Source: an uncultured Holophagales bacterium (GTDB lineage Bacteria > Acidobacteriota > Thermoanaerobaculia > Multivoradales > UBA5704). Taken from it: 64,000 bases of DNA. The translations under genes and the position numbers were made by a program. The stretch lies in NCBI GenBank assembly GCA_963842525.1, contig CAWJGT010000009.1, positions 1,280,001 through 1,344,000 of the forward strand, written 5' to 3'. How positions within the stretch are numbered: position 1 is the first letter of the stretch; every line of letters begins with the position of its first letter. Of this stretch, positions 61,501 through 64,000 are shown piece after piece. The notes under the pieces were generated by a model. That model was not told where the DNA came from. It saw only the letters and a list, made by a program, of their open reading frames with translations, and made no database searches.

Positions 61501-63562
61501 GACCGACCTGGCCCTCGACTTCCAGCGGGAAGGAGAAGAGCTTGCCGGGTCCTTGGAGTACGGGACCGACCTTTTCGACGCCGCGACGATCGCCCGTCTG
61601 GCGCGGCACCTGGAGAGGCTGCTCGCGGGCGCGTCGGCCGATCCCCATGTTCCTTTGAGCCTCCTGCAGGTGCTCTCGGACGAGGAGCGCGACCATCTCC
61701 TGCTTGATCTCAATCCCACCGCGACGGATCCGCCCTCCGGTCTGCTGCATGAGCACGTCGCCGCCTGGGCGGAGAGGACGCCGGATGCGCCGGCTGTGCT
61801 TTTCGAGGGAGATCGCCTGACCTATCGCGATCTCGAAAGCCGGACCAACCGGCTGGCACATTACCTGATCGTGCAGGGTGTACGACCTGGTGCGCGGGTC
61901 GGGCTCTGGCTGGAGCGCTCGGTGGATGTGATCGTGGGCATCCTGGGCGCTCTCAAGGCGGGAGCGGCGTGGGTCCCCCTCGATCCCGCCCATCCCCTGG
62001 AGAGGCTCGCGTTCATGGCGCGCGACGCTGGTCTCTCCGTCCTGCTGACCACGCAGGCCATCGCCGAGGCCCTGGGGACTCTGGACGCCGAGCTGCCGGA
62101 AGGAACCGTGCGGATCCTGCTGGATGCGGACCGGAGGCCCATCGAGGATCGGCCGGACTCGCCCCCTCTCCTCCGGCTGACCGGCAACAGCCTGGCCTAC
62201 ATCCTCTACACGTCCGGCTCCACAGGACGGCCGAAGGGGGTCTGCTGCCATCATGCAGGTGTGATCAACCTGCTGGAGGAAATCCAGCGTCTCGCTCCGC
62301 TCCCGGCCGGCGCCGTCGCGAGCCTCTGGACCAGCCTCTCCTTCGACGTCTCGGTCTACGACATCTTCTCGGCCCTGCTCTTCGGGGGGACCGTGGACGT
62401 CGTTCCCGACCGGGTGCGCTCCGACGGACGCGCCTTTGCCGAATGGCTCGCCGAGCGCAAGATCGAGAGTTCCTACGTGGCCCCGGCCATGCTGGGCCAG
62501 CTCGAGGAGGTGCTGCGGCACACGCCGATCCCCCTGAAGCGGCTGCTGGTCGGCGTCGAGCCGATCCCTGAGCCTCTCCTGGCAGCGATCGCCGCGCGGT
62601 GTCCCGGGCTGTGCATCGTCAACGGCTATGGCCCTACCGAGACGACGATCGCCACCACCGAGTACCCGATCACCTCCACGGCGGCTTTGGATCGGAACAC
62701 CCCGATCGGCAAGCCGGTGCGCAACACGCGCGTCTACCTGCTGGGCCCGGACCTGGAGCTGAGGCCTGCCGGCGTTGCGGGCGAGCTGTACGCGGCCGGC
62801 GTAGGTGTTTCCTGGGGCTACCGCGGCCTTCCTGACCTGACGGCCGAGCGCTTCCTGCCTGATCCGTTCAGCACGATCTCCGGCGAGCGGATGTACCGGA
62901 CCGGCGACCTGGCGCGCTGGCTGCCGGACGGCAATCTTGCGTTCCTGGGACGCATCGACCAGCAGGTAAAGATCCGCGGTGTCCGGGTCGAGCCAGGGGA
63001 GATCGAGGCCGCATTGCGCGACCATCCACAGGTCCGGGATGCGGCCGTGGCGCCGCGCTTCGGCCTGGATGGCGAGCTGCGGCTGGTGGCCTGGGTGGTG
63101 GGGGAGGCCCCCCCGGCCGCGCTGCGCGACTTCCTGCGCGCCCTCCTTCCCGAGGTCATGGTTCCCGCCGCCTTCCTGCCGCTGGACGCGCTGCCGCTCA
63201 CCGTCAACGGCAAGGTGGACCGCGCCGTCCTGCCCGATCCCGACTGGCAGCGGCCGGACCTCCGCGGTGGCTACGTGGCCCCTCGCACCCTCGTTGAGGA
63301 GATGCTGGCGGACCTCTGGAAAGACCTCCTCGGGATCGAGCAGGTGGGCATCCACGACAGCTTCTTCGACCTCGGCGGGCATTCGCTCAAGGCGGGCCAG
63401 CTCGTGCTCCGGGTGCGCGACCTCTTCGAGGTCGAGCTGCCGGTGCGCACGGTCTTCGAGGCGCCGACCGTGGCCGGCCTGGCGGTTGCCATCGGCCGCA
63501 AGATGGTGGAGGAGGCCGATCCGGAGGCGCTGCGGGAGGTGCTTGCCGAGGTGGAGCCATGA
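55541..63562 (+). CDS. NRPS C-A(Ala-like)-PCP-C-PCP-C-A-PCP (frameshifts near 56050-56160, 56810, 57030, 59210)
   Basis: C HHIVVD; A code read by eye DLFNNALTYK; GGHSL; C HHIVFDG; GGHSL; C HHIVADG; A code DVYYLGGIAK; GGHSL. Confidence 0.9.
57225..57277. repeat. Family A element in frame immediately before the A3 motif
   Basis: Encodes PPLPVEGGRWERGPGGE, followed directly by VAYLIYTSGSTG. Confidence 0.88.
57751..57916. repeat. Inverted family A pair in frame between A5 and the IG-P motif
   Basis: Forward copy 57751-57808, reverse copy 57860-57916; encodes PHPLAPSPI...RWERGTGGE. Confidence 0.9.
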
Positions 63563-64000
63563 GCGATCCCAAGGGCTCGGGCTGGGTCGGTGACATCCCC
63601 GCCGGCAAGCTGGACCTGCTGATCCGCCGGCTCCAGCAGAAGAAGGCGCCCGAGCGCCGGCCGCGCGTCGTCCCCCGGCCGCGCACCGGCGAGCCGTTCC
63701 CCCTGTCCTTCGGCCAGCAGCAGCTCTGGTTCCTGGAGCAGATGGACCCCGGGACGCCGGTCTTCAATCTGCCCGCGGCGATCCGTTGCGACGGCCGGCT
63801 GTTGACCGACGTCCTGGAGCGCTGTCTCGCCGAGATCGAGCGCCGGCACGAGGTGCTGCGCACCCGCTTCGAGGTTGTGGACGGCCGGCCCGTTCAGCTC
63901 CCGCAGCCGTTCGAGCCTGCGCCGGCCGTTCCTCGTTTGCCGGTCGTCGATCTCGCGGGCCTGCCCGAGGCGTTGCTCGACACGGAGGCCGGCCGGCTGA
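63559..64000 (+). CDS. Next NRPS gene (docking region + start of a C domain), runs off the window
   Basis: ATG overlaps the previous stop codon; PLSFGQQQLWFLEQMDPG, RHEVLRTRF. Confidence 0.88.
   Translation, partial: MSDPKGSGWVGDIPAGKLDLLIRRLQQKKAPERRPRVVPRPRTGEPFPLSFGQQQLWFLEQMDPGTPVFNLPAAIRCDGRLLTDVLERCLAEIERRHEVLRTRFEVVDGRPVQLPQPFEPAPAVPRLPVVDLAGLPEALLDTEAGRL

Overview
High-GC bacterial genomic window. Gene content and repeat style suggest a soil Acidobacteriota/Thermoanaerobaculia-like genome (inference). Housekeeping genes such as smc and pyrB carry single-base frameshifts, so many frameshifts here are probably long-read indel errors. The left half (1-36 kb) holds an RND efflux pair, gpmA, an F420-dependent reductase, a BNR-repeat protein, smc, a GT-C-like membrane protein convergent on an exosortase H pair, a TIR-NTPase-TPR gene, pyrR-pyrB-pyrC, mtnB-mtnD-mtnC, a type II toxin-antitoxin pair, a BlaI/BlaR1-ankyrin/DUF5916 unit with a clear operator, gene remnants around a REP-associated tyrosine transposase (RAYT), a metalloprotease, a GlyGly-CTERM lipoprotein and a B12-radical SAM enzyme. 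The right half (36.8-64 kb, open to the right) is a FAAL-initiated hybrid PKS/NRPS lipopeptide cluster. It has several non-canonical features: a KS with Cys->Ser paired with a second PKS whose KR is dead, an A domain lacking Asp235, an A-less module and a stand-alone C domain. The most striking cross-window signal is at least four families of REP-like palindromic elements. They occur intergenically and also in frame inside proteins (FAAL, C and A domains, TIR-NTPase linker), and one family is the REP that flanks the RAYT in this window. There are also 63-bp and 21-bp tandem arrays.
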